Shown piece by piece: positions 31,390 through 32,000 of a DNA stretch of 32,000 nucleotides. Position numbers and translations under genes: made by a program. Where the stretch lies: positions 1,620,001 through 1,652,000 of the forward strand of contig NC_020304.1 in assembly GCF_000341395.1 (NCBI RefSeq), in the 5' to 3' direction. Origin of the DNA: Desulfocapsa sulfexigens DSM 10523 (GTDB lineage Bacteria > Desulfobacterota > Desulfobulbia > Desulfobulbales > Desulfocapsaceae). The notes under the pieces were generated by a model. That model was not told the origin of the DNA. It did not search any database and worked only from the letters and a program-made list of their open reading frames with translations. How positions within the stretch are numbered: position 1 is the stretch's first letter; each line of letters begins with the position of its first letter.

Positions 31390-32000
31390 ATGGAATACAG
31401 ATATATCGGTCAAAGTGGCCTTCGGGTAAGTCCTGTTTGTCTTGGAACTATGACCTTTGGCTCCATGTGTGATAAAAAGACATCCTTTGCTATTATGGAT
31501 AAGGCTTATGATGCCGGGATTAATTTTTTAGATACTGCCGAGGTTTATCCGGTACCACCAAGGGCAAATACTATTGGTATAACGGAAGAAATTGTCGGTG
31601 AGTGGCTGCAGGGAAAAAACAGGGATTCCTTGATTATCGCGACAAAGGTTGCCGGTGCCGCTTCTGGCTGGTTTGTGCCGCCGGTACGTTCAGGGCTCAC
31701 TGCCATTGACGCCCACCATATCATAAAGGGTGTTGAAGGAAGTCTTCGTCGTTTGAAATGTGATTATATCGACCTGTATCAAATGCACTGGCCTGATTCC
31801 GTTGTCCCACGAGAAGAGTCTATGGAGGCTTTTGACAGTCTTGTTCGATCGGGAATGGTTCGTTATCTCGGGACATCCAATGATACCGCTTACGGAACAA
31901 CTAAATCCAATATGATTGCAAAATATCAGGGGTATAAGCGTTTTGAATCTATTCAAAATAACTTTTCACTCCTGAATCGCAGATTCCTTGATGAGATGGT
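31390..32000 (+). CDS. Aldo/keto reductase (3'-partial, runs off the window)
   Basis: Not in the ORF track because no stop codon is reached. Hand translation: MEYRYIGQSGLRVSPVCLGTMTFG ... AGINFLDTAEVYP ... IDLYQMHWPD ... VRYLGTSN. All are classical AKR motifs. Confidence 0.85.
   Translation, partial: MEYRYIGQSGLRVSPVCLGTMTFGSMCDKKTSFAIMDKAYDAGINFLDTAEVYPVPPRANTIGITEEIVGEWLQGKNRDSLIIATKVAGAASGWFVPPVRSGLTAIDAHHIIKGVEGSLRRLKCDYIDLYQMHWPDSVVPREESMEAFDSLVRSGMVRYLGTSNDTAYGTTKSNMIAKYQGYKRFESIQNNFSLLNRRFLDEM

Noticed and set aside
30776-32000. An integron integrase or attI at the expected upstream end of the cassette array.
   Set aside because: No tyrosine-recombinase-like frame is present in any of the six frames between the last attC-like site and the aldo/keto reductase gene. 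The reductase motifs are unambiguous.
1-32000. CRISPR arrays, tRNA/rRNA genes and prophage structural genes.
   Set aside because: There are no regularly spaced short direct repeats with unique spacers, no cloverleaf-like or rRNA-like segments that I could recognise, and no phage-like gene content. The repeats present are single palindromes at gene junctions.

Overview
The window has two parts.

**Part 1 (about 1-13.9 kb): ordinary chromosomal genes of a Gram-negative bacterium, on both strands.**
- An HD-GYP signalling protein, UspA, a SpoIIM-like membrane protein, EamA and LysE exporters, and a secreted beta-carbonic anhydrase.
- A LuxR-type regulator lies divergent from three envelope genes.
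- Also mscL, ywbE and a large acidic hypothetical protein.

**Part 2 (about 13.9-30.8 kb): accessory DNA.**
- It looks more AT-rich by eye; I did not compute this.
- About 19 functionally unrelated genes are all on the minus strand.
- Most of them are separated by 50-130 bp imperfect palindromes. These start next to the upstream stop codon with an RYYYAAC-like box and end 15-65 nt before the next start codon with a GTTRRRY-like box.
- I read this as an integron-type gene-cassette array. No integrase or attI is visible in the window, so it is either CALIN-like or the distal part of a chromosomal integron.
- The array is interrupted by one apparently intact IS110/IS1111-family element and by a patch of decayed IS remnants.

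**Most interesting content**
1. A three-gene RiPP-like module, bracketed by two copies of a 60-nt palindromic repeat. It encodes a 126-aa precursor with 11 Cys in its last 68 residues, an RRE-radical SAM-SPASM maturase, and a secreted Cys-containing protein.
2. The IS110-family element. It sits in an attC-like motif and has a structured 3' non-coding end whose internal sequence repeats the element's own right end and flank. This is a candidate bridge/seek RNA. A -35/-10 promoter would assemble only on circularisation.
3. Several unusual cassettes: a periplasmic-sensor protein whose only cytoplasmic module is a 4-Cys/His tail, an ECF sigma factor with a Cys tail paired with ArsM, and TetR plus DJ-1 with three copies of one operator.

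**Limits.** No rRNA, tRNA or CRISPR array was recognised. All homology calls come from motif recognition by eye, not from searches.
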